NCBI GenBank assembly: GCA_041694835.1
Contig: JBGFRZ010000062.1
Coordinates: 1 to 27,298, forward strand
Length of the DNA: 27,298 nucleotides
Source: Ignavibacteria bacterium
GTDB taxonomy: Bacteria; Elusimicrobiota; Endomicrobiia; PHAN01
Reading direction: 5' to 3'
Shown here: piece by piece, positions 1 through 10,323 of the stretch
How positions within the stretch are numbered: position 1 is the stretch's first letter
Layout of the letters: every line of letters starts with the position of its first letter
Program-made: the position numbers and the translations under genes
The notes under the pieces: generated by a model
Told to the model about the DNA's origin: nothing
The model's database searches: none
The model's input: the letters and a program-made list of their open reading frames with translations, nothing else

Positions 1-357
1 ATAGTATTTCTTAATGGTGGAGATAAATTGCTTAGAGATTATGCAATTGAACAACTTAAATGTAGTTTCCGAAAGTTAAGTAAAGGATTAGATTTTATCG
101 CTAAAGTAAAAAATCATTATATAATAGGGACTGCAAAATTTATAACAGATTTTGGAGGAACACAGACTAATCAATTTAATGAAGCAATTAGTCTAATCCG
201 TGAAACTAAAACATCTGAAAATGTAATTAAACTTGCTATAGTAGATGGTGTTGCTTGGCTTGGTGGAAAAATGGGCAATATTCTCGGTAACCTCAAAAAT
301 GATGAATTTTGTTTAAGTGCTTTATTACTTAGAGAGTTTTTAAATCAATATAAATAG
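1..357 (+). CDS. Type II restriction endonuclease, Tsp45I-like, C-terminal part (5' truncated by the window edge)
   Basis: Frame is open from base 1 to TAG at 355-357. KGLDFIAK...YIIGTAKFITDFGGTQTNQFNEAI...AIVDGV...SALLLREFL resembles the Tsp45I-family C-terminus as I recall it. AT-rich. Confidence 0.65.
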   Translation: MVFLNGGDKLLRDYAIEQLKCSFRKLSKGLDFIAKVKNHYIIGTAKFITDFGGTQTNQFNEAISLIRETKTSENVIKLAIVDGVAWLGGKMGNILGNLKNDEFCLSALLLREFLNQYK

Positions 358-377
358 CAAAAGTAGGATTGTCTTTT

Positions 378-2096
378 ATGAAATTTGATATCAGAGAAAT
401 AATTAAAGCGGCGAAGGGCGAAGTTGTGGTTGACCTGCTGCTGACAAATGGGAATCTGGTCAATGTTTTTTCAGGTGAAGTTTATCCGGAAAGCGTAGCA
501 ATCTACAATGGTTTTATCGTCGGGTTCGGGAATTACAGGGCAAAAAAAGTGCTTAATCTCAGTGGCAAATATATCTCGCCAGGATTTATAGACGGGCATG
601 TTCATATAGAATCATCAATGATGTCTGTTTCAGAGTTTGCTCGCGCAGTTGTGCCAAAAGGTGTAACATCCGTTATTACTGATGCGCACGAGATTGCGAA
701 TGTTTTGGGAATTGATGGTATAAAATATATGCTGGAATCGTCTAAAAACCAGCCGCTGAATGTTTTCTTTATGCTGCCATCCTGTGTGCCTGCAACCAAT
801 ATGGAAACCGCAGGTGCGAAACTTTCCGGGTTTGATTTGTATCCGTTTCTGACTGAAAAATGGGTTGTTGGTCTCGGTGAGGTGATGAACTTTCCAGCCG
901 TCGTTGGTGCCGATGAAAATCTCATTGATAAAATCAAAATTGTAAAATGGGGGATGAAAAGAATTGATGGACATTCACCGGGACTTTCAGGTCGTGCGCT
1001 TTCCGCATATATTTCTGCAGGTATCGCGTCTGACCATGAGTCAACAACGCTTAAAGAAGCAAAAGAAAAACTGGATAAGGGAATGTATGTGATGGTACGA
1101 GAAGGAACATCCGAGCGGAATCTCAAAGAGTTGATTCCGCTTGTGAATGAAAAGAATTGTTCTCGGTTCTTTTTTGTTACTGACGATAGACACCCGCAGG
1201 ATTTAGTGAACGAGGGTTCTATTGATTACATAATACGAAAAGCGGTTTCATTAGGGCTTGAAGAAGTTGTAGCAATCAAGATGGCGACACTCAATACTGC
1301 GGAGTATTTTCATCTGCCGAGAATCGGTGCGGTTGCGCCCGGCTATCAGGCGGATATTGTAATTTTAGATAACCTGAAAAATATCAAACCGAAGATGGTT
1401 TTCCGACGGGGCGAATTGGTTGCAGTTAACGGCAGGTTCGTCGGCAGAAAAGTCAAACTTGCTGATGTGCCACTGCGTGGTTCAATAAATGTTAAATGGC
1501 TTTCTGAAAACGATTTTATTATACCAGCACTTAAAAAAAATATTCAGGTTATAGAAATTATCCCGCAGCAAATAATAACAAAAAGAAAAATTGCACCTGC
1601 AAAAATATACAAAAAATATGCTGTTTCTAATATAAAAAACGATATTCTTAAATTGGTTGTTGTAGAACGGCATCTTGCATCAGGTAATATCGGCAAGGGT
1701 TTTGTCAATGGTTTTGGCTTGAAGAAAGGTGCGATTGCATCGTCGGTAGCGCATGATTCTCATAATATAATCTGCGTTGGTTGTGATGATAAATCAATCT
1801 TTACCGCCTGTGTAGAAATTGTTAAAATGGGTGGTGGGTTATGTATTACCGACGGTAAAAAGGTGCTTGGCAAACTTCCACTTACAATTGCAGGACTTAT
1901 GACTGATAAATCGTTAGAAACAGTTGTAAAAGAACTTGAAAAATTAGTAAAAATATCCAAGAAACTCGGTTGCGTTTTAGATAACCCGTTTATGACACTT
2001 TCGTTTTTAGCATTACCTGTAATTCCCGAATTAAAACTGACCGACAAAGGTCTCGTTGATGTCAATAAAATGAAACTCGTGAGATTGTTTGTATGA
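378..2096 (+). CDS. ade: Adenine deaminase (AdeC, amidohydrolase superfamily)
   Basis: Motifs PGFIDGHVHIESS, HEIANVLG, GLGEVMNFP, DGHSPG, SDHES, REGT, VTDDRHP, SSVAHDSHN and FLALPVIPELKLTDKGL. ATG 378 follows AGGA; TTG 369 is an alternative start. Confidence 0.95.
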   Translation: MKFDIREIIKAAKGEVVVDLLLTNGNLVNVFSGEVYPESVAIYNGFIVGFGNYRAKKVLNLSGKYISPGFIDGHVHIESSMMSVSEFARAVVPKGVTSVITDAHEIANVLGIDGIKYMLESSKNQPLNVFFMLPSCVPATNMETAGAKLSGFDLYPFLTEKWVVGLGEVMNFPAVVGADENLIDKIKIVKWGMKRIDGHSPGLSGRALSAYISAGIASDHESTTLKEAKEKLDKGMYVMVREGTSERNLKELIPLVNEKNCSRFFFVTDDRHPQDLVNEGSIDYIIRKAVSLGLEEVVAIKMATLNTAEYFHLPRIGAVAPGYQADIVILDNLKNIKPKMVFRRGELVAVNGRFVGRKVKLADVPLRGSINVKWLSENDFIIPALKKNIQVIEIIPQQIITKRKIAPAKIYKKYAVSNIKNDILKLVVVERHLASGNIGKGFVNGFGLKKGAIASSVAHDSHNIICVGCDDKSIFTACVEIVKMGGGLCITDGKKVLGKLPLTIAGLMTDKSLETVVKELEKLVKISKKLGCVLDNPFMTLSFLALPVIPELKLTDKGLVDVNKMKLVRLFV

Positions 2097-2977
2097 AATA
2101 TAAAAAAAATAAAAAACGAAAACATTTAATCAAAGAAATTTCTGCGAAATACACTACTGGGAACAAAACAATAAACGATTTTCTAAACCGGGTAATTGAG
2201 GGCGATTGTATTGAAGTAATGAAAAACATTCCAAATAAGAGTGTGGATTTGGTTTTTGCTGACCCACCGTTTAATATAGGAATCAAATACGATGACTACA
2301 AAGATGATAAAAATTACAATGATTATTATACTTGGTCTGAAAAGTGGATAAATGGAACTCACAGAATACTAAAGGAATCGGGAACAATTTACATAGCAAT
2401 TGGCGATGAGTTTGCCGCTGAAATAAATTTAATTTTAAAAAAATCTGGATTTCATTTTAGAAACTGGATAATATGGTATTACACTTTTGGACAAAATCAA
2501 AGAAAAAAATTTAATCGGTCTCATACTCATATACTTTATTTTACAAAAGACAAAGAAAAATTCACTTTTAATAACACGGACATTAGAATTCCATCGGCGA
2601 GACAACAAATATATAATGATAAAAGGGCGCATCCTCTCGGTAAAGTACCCGATGATGTATGGGAATTTTCAAGAGTTTGCGGTTCGTTTAAAGAAAGATT
2701 GGGAAATCATCCATGTCAAATGCCAGAGGCGTTATTAGAAAGAATTATCAAGACCAGTTCAAATATAGGCGACATTGTTTTAGACCCCTTTGCAGGCACA
2801 GGTACAACAGCGTCAGTTGCTAAAAAATTAAAAAGAAATTATATAACAATGGAAATTTCTAAAAATTATGCTGAGTTGGTTAAAAAACGCATAGACGGTA
2901 AATACGAAGAGATAAAAAGAAAATCAGAAAAAACAGAAAATAGAAGTTTGTCATTGTTTGAATTTTGCAATAGATAG
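2093..2977 (+). CDS. Site-specific DNA methyltransferase, N4-C/N6-A beta class
   Basis: Catalytic motif IV DPPF near the N-terminus, then HPCQMP, then the SAM-binding motif VLDPFAGTGTT. Overlaps the ade stop (ATGA, 2093-2096). Confidence 0.92.
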   Translation: MKYKKNKKRKHLIKEISAKYTTGNKTINDFLNRVIEGDCIEVMKNIPNKSVDLVFADPPFNIGIKYDDYKDDKNYNDYYTWSEKWINGTHRILKESGTIYIAIGDEFAAEINLILKKSGFHFRNWIIWYYTFGQNQRKKFNRSHTHILYFTKDKEKFTFNNTDIRIPSARQQIYNDKRAHPLGKVPDDVWEFSRVCGSFKERLGNHPCQMPEALLERIIKTSSNIGDIVLDPFAGTGTTASVAKKLKRNYITMEISKNYAELVKKRIDGKYEEIKRKSEKTENRSLSLFEFCNR

Positions 2978-2990
2978 GTTTTTACAAATT

Positions 2991-3836
2991 ATGGATAAAA
3001 CTAAACTCGGTTCAAAAACAGCAAAAGGTGGATTTGCAAATGAAAAAGCAATATGTAAGAAGTTTAATAGCTGGCAAAACGATAATGAAACAAAAGAATG
3101 GCTTCAGATAATGGGTTATAATATTAACAAACTTGATTCCGTGTCCGCAATTCGAGTTCCTGTGAGAATCAAAAAAGAGGAATTAAAAAAGTTCACTATT
3201 ACGGTGGAAGATTATGATGAATTTGCAAAATTTAAAAAATCCGATGCTCAGATTAGGTTGGTTATAAAAATTGGAAAGATTCTTAAAATTGAAAATTTAT
3301 CACTTAAAAAAGCAAACGCAAACGCCGATTACAATCAAATAGATAAGAGAACAGTTGATGCTTATCAAGAAATGTGGAGATTCGATGATGAAATTGCCTT
3401 ATGGTTAAAACTTTTTACAGGTGAGATAAACCCCCAAGAACAAAATTCATTAGTCGAAAATATTAAATTGAGAGACGAAAGAAGATTGTTTATTGACGAA
3501 ATGCCTACAATGATTCAAGAAAAAATCATTCAATTTTTCCAGAAAAATAAGATTTTGATAATTAACGATATTCTTAAAGGTAGAGGAGGATTATCTGCCA
3601 ATTGGATGTTGGTGACCAAATTAAATAAAAAAGAAAAAACGACTACATGGACACTGCAAGATATTAATACCGTTATGAACTTTTTTGGGAATGGAGAGGT
3701 GATTATATCGTCTAGCGGAAGTTTACACATCGGCAAAATTACGGTTCAGAGAAAAGGTGGGACACCCGATCCGACAAAACTGCAGTTTAAATTTAAACCT
3801 TGCGAGTTATTTAAACTACACAATGATTGTGGTTAA
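2991..3836 (+). CDS. Type II restriction endonuclease, R.HinP1I family
   Basis: LGSKTAKGGFANEK, EWLQIMGY, KSD, NQIDKR, YQEMW.FDD, FTGE, RRLF, DILKGRG and ITVQRKGG...LQFK match HinP1I as I recall it. Lies next to an MTase. ATG 2991 preferred over TTG 2958. Confidence 0.85.
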   Translation: MDKTKLGSKTAKGGFANEKAICKKFNSWQNDNETKEWLQIMGYNINKLDSVSAIRVPVRIKKEELKKFTITVEDYDEFAKFKKSDAQIRLVIKIGKILKIENLSLKKANANADYNQIDKRTVDAYQEMWRFDDEIALWLKLFTGEINPQEQNSLVENIKLRDERRLFIDEMPTMIQEKIIQFFQKNKILIINDILKGRGGLSANWMLVTKLNKKEKTTTWTLQDINTVMNFFGNGEVIISSSGSLHIGKITVQRKGGTPDPTKLQFKFKPCELFKLHNDCG

Positions 3837-3845
3837 GAGAACAAA

Positions 3846-5174
<1,329 letters not shown>

Positions 5175-5224
5175 TTTTGCACTCTAAAAAACGGTGAAAG
5201 TTTCAAAAAGGAGGCGCTTAAAAT

Positions 5225-5479
5225 ATGATACGGGAATATGTTGAACAGGCGATGGAAAAAGCACATTATGAAATAATTGAAAATTCCGGACAGTATTACG
5301 GCGAGATTGCTGTATGTCGTGGTGTCTGGGCAACAGGGAAAACGCTTGAAGAATGTCGCAAAAATCTTGAAGATGTACTTGAAGGATGGATTTTATTGAG
5401 GGTTCGCAGAGGATTGAAAATTCCACCAATTAACAATCGGGTTGTAAAACCGTTAGAAAAGATTTTGGTAAATGCCTAA
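5225..5479 (+). CDS. hicB: HicB-family antitoxin (partial RNase H fold, no DNA-binding domain)
   Basis: YYGEI..CRGVWATGKTLEECRKNLEDVLEGWI is a typical HicB motif. RBS AGGAGG upstream. Confidence 0.85.
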   Translation: MIREYVEQAMEKAHYEIIENSGQYYGEIAVCRGVWATGKTLEECRKNLEDVLEGWILLRVRRGLKIPPINNRVVKPLEKILVNA

Positions 5480-5690
5480 ACTGACCCCGTTATCCTGGAT
5501 AAATTTTGTCAGGAAACTGCGTAGATATGGTTTTGACGGACCATATTCTGGCGGTAAACATTTGTATATGGTAAAAGGCGACATAGTTTTGACTATACCC
5601 AATCTTCATAGAAGCGGTATAAGTAAAGGTCTCATTGCTCGTATTATTCGTCAGGCGGGTATATCACGCAATGAATGGTATTTATTGTAA
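5472..5690 (+). CDS. hicA: HicA-family toxin (dsRBD-fold RNase)
   Basis: LRRYGF...GGKHLYM...LTIP..H...ISKGLIARIIRQAGI; 72 aa, overlapping hicB. Confidence 0.85.
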   Translation: MPKLTPLSWINFVRKLRRYGFDGPYSGGKHLYMVKGDIVLTIPNLHRSGISKGLIARIIRQAGISRNEWYLL

Positions 5691-5702
5691 TAATGAGGAA
5701 AT

Positions 5703-6521
5703 ATGATAATGATTGAAAATCTCAAAGAGTCCAAAAATTTTATCGAGTCAAAGGTCAAAATCAAGCCGGAGTATGGATTGATACTCGGTTCGGGGCTCGG
5801 ACATGTTGCGGAGATTCTGACTGAAAAAACGATAATCCCGTATGCCAAAATTCCGCATTTTCCCGTCTCAACCGTTCACGGTCATGCTGGTCAACTTGTA
5901 TTCGGGAGACTTAACTCGAAAAGCGTTGTTGTTATGCAGGGGCGAGTTCACTACTATGAAGGTCATCCGCTCTCTGCGGTTACTTATCCTATCAGATTGT
6001 TCAAAAATCTCGGTGTGAGCAAATTGATTTTGACTTCCGCCGTCGGGGGGATAAACAAAAAATACAAGCCGGCTGACATAGTATTTGTAAAAGACCACAT
6101 CAATCTTATGGGGGATAATCCTCTCATTGGCGGACACATCGCGGAATTTGGAGAAAGATTTCCGGATATGAGTTGCGTATATTCGCCAAGATTAATCAAG
6201 TTGGCTGTGAATATAGCAAAAAAATTCAAAATAAAAACTCACAACGGCATATATCTCGCCGCCAGTGGCCCTTCTTATGAGACTCCGTCTGAGATACGGG
6301 CGTACAGAAAACTCGGCGGAGATGTCGTCGGAATGTCGGTCGTTCCCGAGACAATAGTTGCCAATCAGTTGAAAATCGAGATACTCTGCATATCATACAT
6401 CTCGAACATGGCCAGCGGGATTTCAAAAACGGTGTTGTCGCACGAGGAAGTAATGGGAGTGGGAAAAATAGCGGGCAAAAAAGTTTCTAAAATAATTAAA
6501 AATCTGATTGAAAAGATATAG
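5703..6521 (+). CDS. punA: Purine nucleoside phosphorylase I (trimeric type)
   Basis: Motifs GLILGSGLG, STVHGHAG, MQGRVHYYEG, DHINLMG.NPL, GPSYETPSE, DVVGMS and SNMA. Confidence 0.95.
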   Translation: MIMIENLKESKNFIESKVKIKPEYGLILGSGLGHVAEILTEKTIIPYAKIPHFPVSTVHGHAGQLVFGRLNSKSVVVMQGRVHYYEGHPLSAVTYPIRLFKNLGVSKLILTSAVGGINKKYKPADIVFVKDHINLMGDNPLIGGHIAEFGERFPDMSCVYSPRLIKLAVNIAKKFKIKTHNGIYLAASGPSYETPSEIRAYRKLGGDVVGMSVVPETIVANQLKIEILCISYISNMASGISKTVLSHEEVMGVGKIAGKKVSKIIKNLIEKI

Positions 6522-6525
6522 TGAG

Positions 6526-6668
6526 TGAAGCAAATAGCGAATAGCAAATAGTGGATAGTGGCTGGTGGCTGGTGGTTGGAGGAAACGAGTCACGAGCCAC
6601 GAGCCACAAGTCACCGCTGCTCTGTTGCTCTAACTTCTGACTTCTGATGCTCTTGTGCCTTGTGCTCT
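6526..6668 (+). repeat. Intergenic mosaic heptamer-repeat hairpin element
   Basis: AGCAAAT AGCGAAT AGCAAAT AGTGGAT AGTGGCT GGTGGCT GGTGGTT, then complementary AGTCACG AGCCACG AGCCACA AGTCACC, then CTTCTGA x2 and TGCTCTTGTGCCTTGTGCTCT. Confidence 0.88.
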
Positions 6669-6685
6669 AATAGAATTATGTAGCC

Positions 6686-6701
6686 CCCGAATTCATTCGG
6701 G
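6686..6701. repeat. Short REP-like palindrome CCCGAAT-TC-ATTCGGG
   Basis: Perfect 7-bp inverted repeat just before the pdp RBS. Related to CCCCGAT-TTT-ATCGGGG at 16861-16877. Confidence 0.6.
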
Positions 6702-6713
6702 AGAGAGGAATTT

Positions 6714-8024
6714 ATGAGAGTATACGATATCATTTACAAAAAAAGAAACTCGGAAGAATTGAGAGCCGACGAGATAAAATTTATGATTTCTTCTTACACG
6801 AAAGGAGACATCCCTGATTATCAAATGGCGGCGTTTCTTATGGCTGTCTTTATAAGAGGAATGAGCGATAAAGAACTTGCGCTTTTAACAACGGCCATGA
6901 CCGATTCCGGCGATGTTATGGATCTGTCCGATATAAAAGGCGTAAAAATAGACAAACACTCAACGGGCGGTGTCGGTGACGGAATATCGCTCGCTCTCGC
7001 TCCGCTTGTGGCGAGTTTCGGTGTAATTGTTCCGATGATGTCAGGCCGAGGATTGGGGCACACCGGCGGAACACTTGATAAACTCGAATCTATCCCGGGA
7101 TTTAATGTTAATCTCTCTGCATCGGATTTTAGAGCACAACTAAAAAAAATCGGAGTTGCGATTATAGGGCAGACGGAAAAAGTGGCTCCCGCCGACAAAA
7201 AAATCTACGCTTTGAGGGATGTTACGGCGACGGTCGATTCAATTCCTCTTATCGCAGCAAGTATAATGTCAAAAAAACTCGCCGAAGGATGTGATGGCCT
7301 TCTACTTGACGTCAAAACGGGGAGTGGCGCTTTCATGAAATCACTTGAGGATTCAAAATTGATTGCAAAGGTTATGGTTTCGATAGGTAAAAATTCAGGG
7401 AAAAAGATGTGGGCAATAATCTCCGACATGAATCAGCCGTTGGGTCGCGCCATAGGTAATTCGCTTGAAATAAAACAAACGGTGGATATTCTGAAGGGAG
7501 GAGGGCCCGATGATTTCAAAAATTTGCTTTTGGAGATTGCCGCAAGGATGCTTATACTTGCAGACATTGAGCAAGATATTGAAAAGGCGAAGTCATCGGT
7601 TGCGAAGAATATAAAATCGGGCGCCGCCCTCAAGAAGTTTTCGGAGATGGTCGAATGCCAGGGTGGCAAACCCTCTGTGGCGGATACGCCGCATAAACTC
7701 CTTCCTCAGTCGAAATTCGCAGAAGATATAAAATCCGAAAAAAACGGCTGTATATCGGCGATTCAAACAGATACGATTGGGATGTGTGCTCTTGAGCTCG
7801 GGGCTGGCCGCATGAAGAAAGAAGACGTTATAGATTATTCAGCCGGAATAATTTTAAACAAAAAAATAGGCGATAAGGTGTCGAAAGGCGACGTGCTAGC
7901 GACTTTTTATTACAACAAGCCCAGGATGCATCTTGGCGAGATAAAGGAAAAGTTCTTGAATGCTTTTAGCATAACCGCCGTCTCTCCTGCGAAAATGAAG
8001 ATGATTTACGACGAGATAAAATAA
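6714..8024 (+). CDS. pdp: Pyrimidine-nucleoside (thymidine) phosphorylase
   Basis: Motifs DYQMAAFLMA, DKHSTGGVGD, MSGRGLGHTGGTLDKLESIPG, ALRDVTATV, SIMSKKLAEG, LDVKTGSGAFMK and LGAGR. Confidence 0.96.
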   Translation: MRVYDIIYKKRNSEELRADEIKFMISSYTKGDIPDYQMAAFLMAVFIRGMSDKELALLTTAMTDSGDVMDLSDIKGVKIDKHSTGGVGDGISLALAPLVASFGVIVPMMSGRGLGHTGGTLDKLESIPGFNVNLSASDFRAQLKKIGVAIIGQTEKVAPADKKIYALRDVTATVDSIPLIAASIMSKKLAEGCDGLLLDVKTGSGAFMKSLEDSKLIAKVMVSIGKNSGKKMWAIISDMNQPLGRAIGNSLEIKQTVDILKGGGPDDFKNLLLEIAARMLILADIEQDIEKAKSSVAKNIKSGAALKKFSEMVECQGGKPSVADTPHKLLPQSKFAEDIKSEKNGCISAIQTDTIGMCALELGAGRMKKEDVIDYSAGIILNKKIGDKVSKGDVLATFYYNKPRMHLGEIKEKFLNAFSITAVSPAKMKMIYDEIK

Positions 8025-8060
8025 AAATCTGCATAGAAGATGTAAAGCGAAAGAATAATA

Positions 8061-10304
8061 ATGAAAAAATGGAAGGTTAACGAAGTCAACTCCCGCCACG
8101 TCGCGTGGTTTTCAGAAATTTTAGGCATTAACCCTATAATAGTTCGGTTGCTCCTTGGACGCGGCATCTCGACGATAAAAGAGGCCGAGGACTTCTTGAT
8201 GCCGGATATAAGCAATCTCGGCAATCCTTTCCTTTTGCCCGACATGGAAAAGGCGGTGGGTAGAATCCGCATGGCCGTATCTAAAAAAGAAGGAATTCTT
8301 ATTTTTGGCGACAGGGATGTGGACGGCATAACTTCAATTGCAATCGTGTATAGAATGCTGAAAATATTATTTCCGTCCCGCGCTGAAAATATTTTCTGGT
8401 ACATACCCTCAACCGAAGGCTATGGACTGAGTAAAGAAATAATAGAGAAGTATAAAAAAGAGAGTGCTATCAGCCTGATGATAACGGTTGACTGCGGTAT
8501 TTCGAATTTCGACGAGGTGGAGTTCGCGAAATCACTGGGCATAGATGTTATAGTGACGGATCATCACGAGCCGCCGGACAGAATCCCGAATGCGTTTGCG
8601 GTCATAAACCCGAAACTCGCGAGCTCCAATTATCCTTTCAGGGAACTGGCTGGCTGCGCGGTCGCTTTGAAAACACTCCACGCTCTTCTTTTTTCGTACA
8701 ACCCTCACTATAACGAAGAACTTGTGGCCCTGGATATCGAGACGACAGGTCTTCATCCCAAACATTCCGAGATATGCGAGCTCGGGGCTGTTCTGACGAA
8801 AAACGCAAAGATAATCGGCCAATATCAGACGCTTGTCAAAACAAGAAGACCCATATCATCATCAGCGACTGCTATTCATGGAATCACTGACGGGATGTGC
8901 GCTCACGCCCCGAGCATAAAAGAGGCGTTGGGTGGACTTTTGGAATTCGTTGGTGACAGAAAACTAATCATACACAACGCTCCTTTCGACCTTGGTTTCT
9001 TGAGGCATGCGTTCAGAGACGAACTCGGGCTCAGATTTGAAAACGACCACATAGATACCCTGCAAATCTCAAGACAACATTTTCCTTTCAAGTCGCACTC
9101 CCTTACTTCGCTTGTAAACGACATGAAGATAGATGTTTCCGAACACCACCGCGCATTGAGTGACGCTATAGCCTGCGCAAATATTTTCTGGCGACTGCAG
9201 GAGATGTCGGATGTCAGAATGAGGCATTTTCTCGAAGAGAACCTTGATCTGGTCTCTATTGGAACCCTCGCCGATATCATGCCTATGGTTTCCGAAAACA
9301 GAATTCTCGTAAAAAAAGGCATAGATGTTCTGAAACGCACAAAAAAAATAGGTGTCAAAATGCTCATAGACGGCGCATCATCTAACAAAAAAAAGATTTC
9401 GTTCAACTCCAGGTACATAACATGGAGCATAACGCCGGTATTGAATGCGGCCGGCCGCATGGGACAAGCGGATGTGGCGTGTAAACTTCTTCTTGCTTCA
9501 AGAACTGACGAAGCGGCGGAGTTGTATGATATCCTTTGTAAATTAAACATGGACAGAAAAGAGCTTCAGGAATTAAATATTGAGAAGTTCGGGGAGCTTT
9601 TGCCGAAGCAATGCGATGTAGAGAACGACAAAATTTTTGTGATATTGGCGGACGACGTAGAACATGGCGTGACTGGAATAGTCGCTTCTAACATTGTAAG
9701 ACGTTACAGGAAACCAGCGATACTTCTTGTTGCAAAGGACGGCGTTGCCCAGGGCGCCGGCCGTTCGCACAACGGTATCGATCTTCTTGGCATAATAGAA
9801 AAGACCTCAGATTTGCTTGTCAAATACGGCGGCCATAAAAACGCCGTCGGTCTTTCTTTGAAAGTTGAGAATGTAGATGAGTTCAAAAAAAGGGTGAAGG
9901 CTCTATCGCTCAAGTTGCCGGAAATCGCCCCCACGGAACTATTGATAGACGCCGTTTTGAAACACAGTGACATCAAAGTTGAGTTGATTAAGCAGTTGGA
10001 AATCATGGAGCCCTTTGGGCTCGAAAATCAGCCGCCAGTTTTTCTTATAGAGGGTATGAGCGTGGCATCTCAGTCGCAGGTTGGTTCCGACAAAAGTCAT
10101 TTGCGACTTAAACTTGCAAAGAATGGAAAAAACATAGACGCCGTGGGATGGGGGATGGGAGAACTGACGGATACAATCATGAAATGGAAGCAGGTGGATG
10201 TTGCCGCTCATTTGGAAACTAATTACTGGAAAGATAAAGAATCCATTCAGCTTCAAATACTCGGGATAAGGGAGAGCGTGCTTGCCGCCGCAGTCTGGAA
10301 ATAA
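8061..10304 (+). CDS. recJ: ssDNA 5'-3' exonuclease RecJ with an inserted DEDDh (DnaQ-like) exonuclease domain
   Basis: RecJ motifs GDRDVDG, ITVDCG, VTDHH, LAGCAVA, GTLADIMPM, NAAGRM, GGH and EPFG..N. The insert at about 8700-9200 carries DIETTG, HNAPFD and HRALSDA. Confidence 0.92.
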   Translation: MKKWKVNEVNSRHVAWFSEILGINPIIVRLLLGRGISTIKEAEDFLMPDISNLGNPFLLPDMEKAVGRIRMAVSKKEGILIFGDRDVDGITSIAIVYRMLKILFPSRAENIFWYIPSTEGYGLSKEIIEKYKKESAISLMITVDCGISNFDEVEFAKSLGIDVIVTDHHEPPDRIPNAFAVINPKLASSNYPFRELAGCAVALKTLHALLFSYNPHYNEELVALDIETTGLHPKHSEICELGAVLTKNAKIIGQYQTLVKTRRPISSSATAIHGITDGMCAHAPSIKEALGGLLEFVGDRKLIIHNAPFDLGFLRHAFRDELGLRFENDHIDTLQISRQHFPFKSHSLTSLVNDMKIDVSEHHRALSDAIACANIFWRLQEMSDVRMRHFLEENLDLVSIGTLADIMPMVSENRILVKKGIDVLKRTKKIGVKMLIDGASSNKKKISFNSRYITWSITPVLNAAGRMGQADVACKLLLASRTDEAAELYDILCKLNMDRKELQELNIEKFGELLPKQCDVENDKIFVILADDVEHGVTGIVASNIVRRYRKPAILLVAKDGVAQGAGRSHNGIDLLGIIEKTSDLLVKYGGHKNAVGLSLKVENVDEFKKRVKALSLKLPEIAPTELLIDAVLKHSDIKVELIKQLEIMEPFGLENQPPVFLIEGMSVASQSQVGSDKSHLRLKLAKNGKNIDAVGWGMGELTDTIMKWKQVDVAAHLETNYWKDKESIQLQILGIRESVLAAAVWK

Positions 10305-10323
10305 ATAAAATCGGGAGATATTG

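Noticed and set aside
8700-9200. RecJ insert as an intein
   Set aside because: No Cys/Ser start, His-Asn end or LAGLIDADG motifs. It has DEDDh exonuclease motifs instead.
8903-9550. Long minus-strand ORFs (also 602-1126, 23340-23870, 23979-24518)
   Set aside because: They are antisense shadows of well-supported plus-strand genes and have no recognisable motifs.
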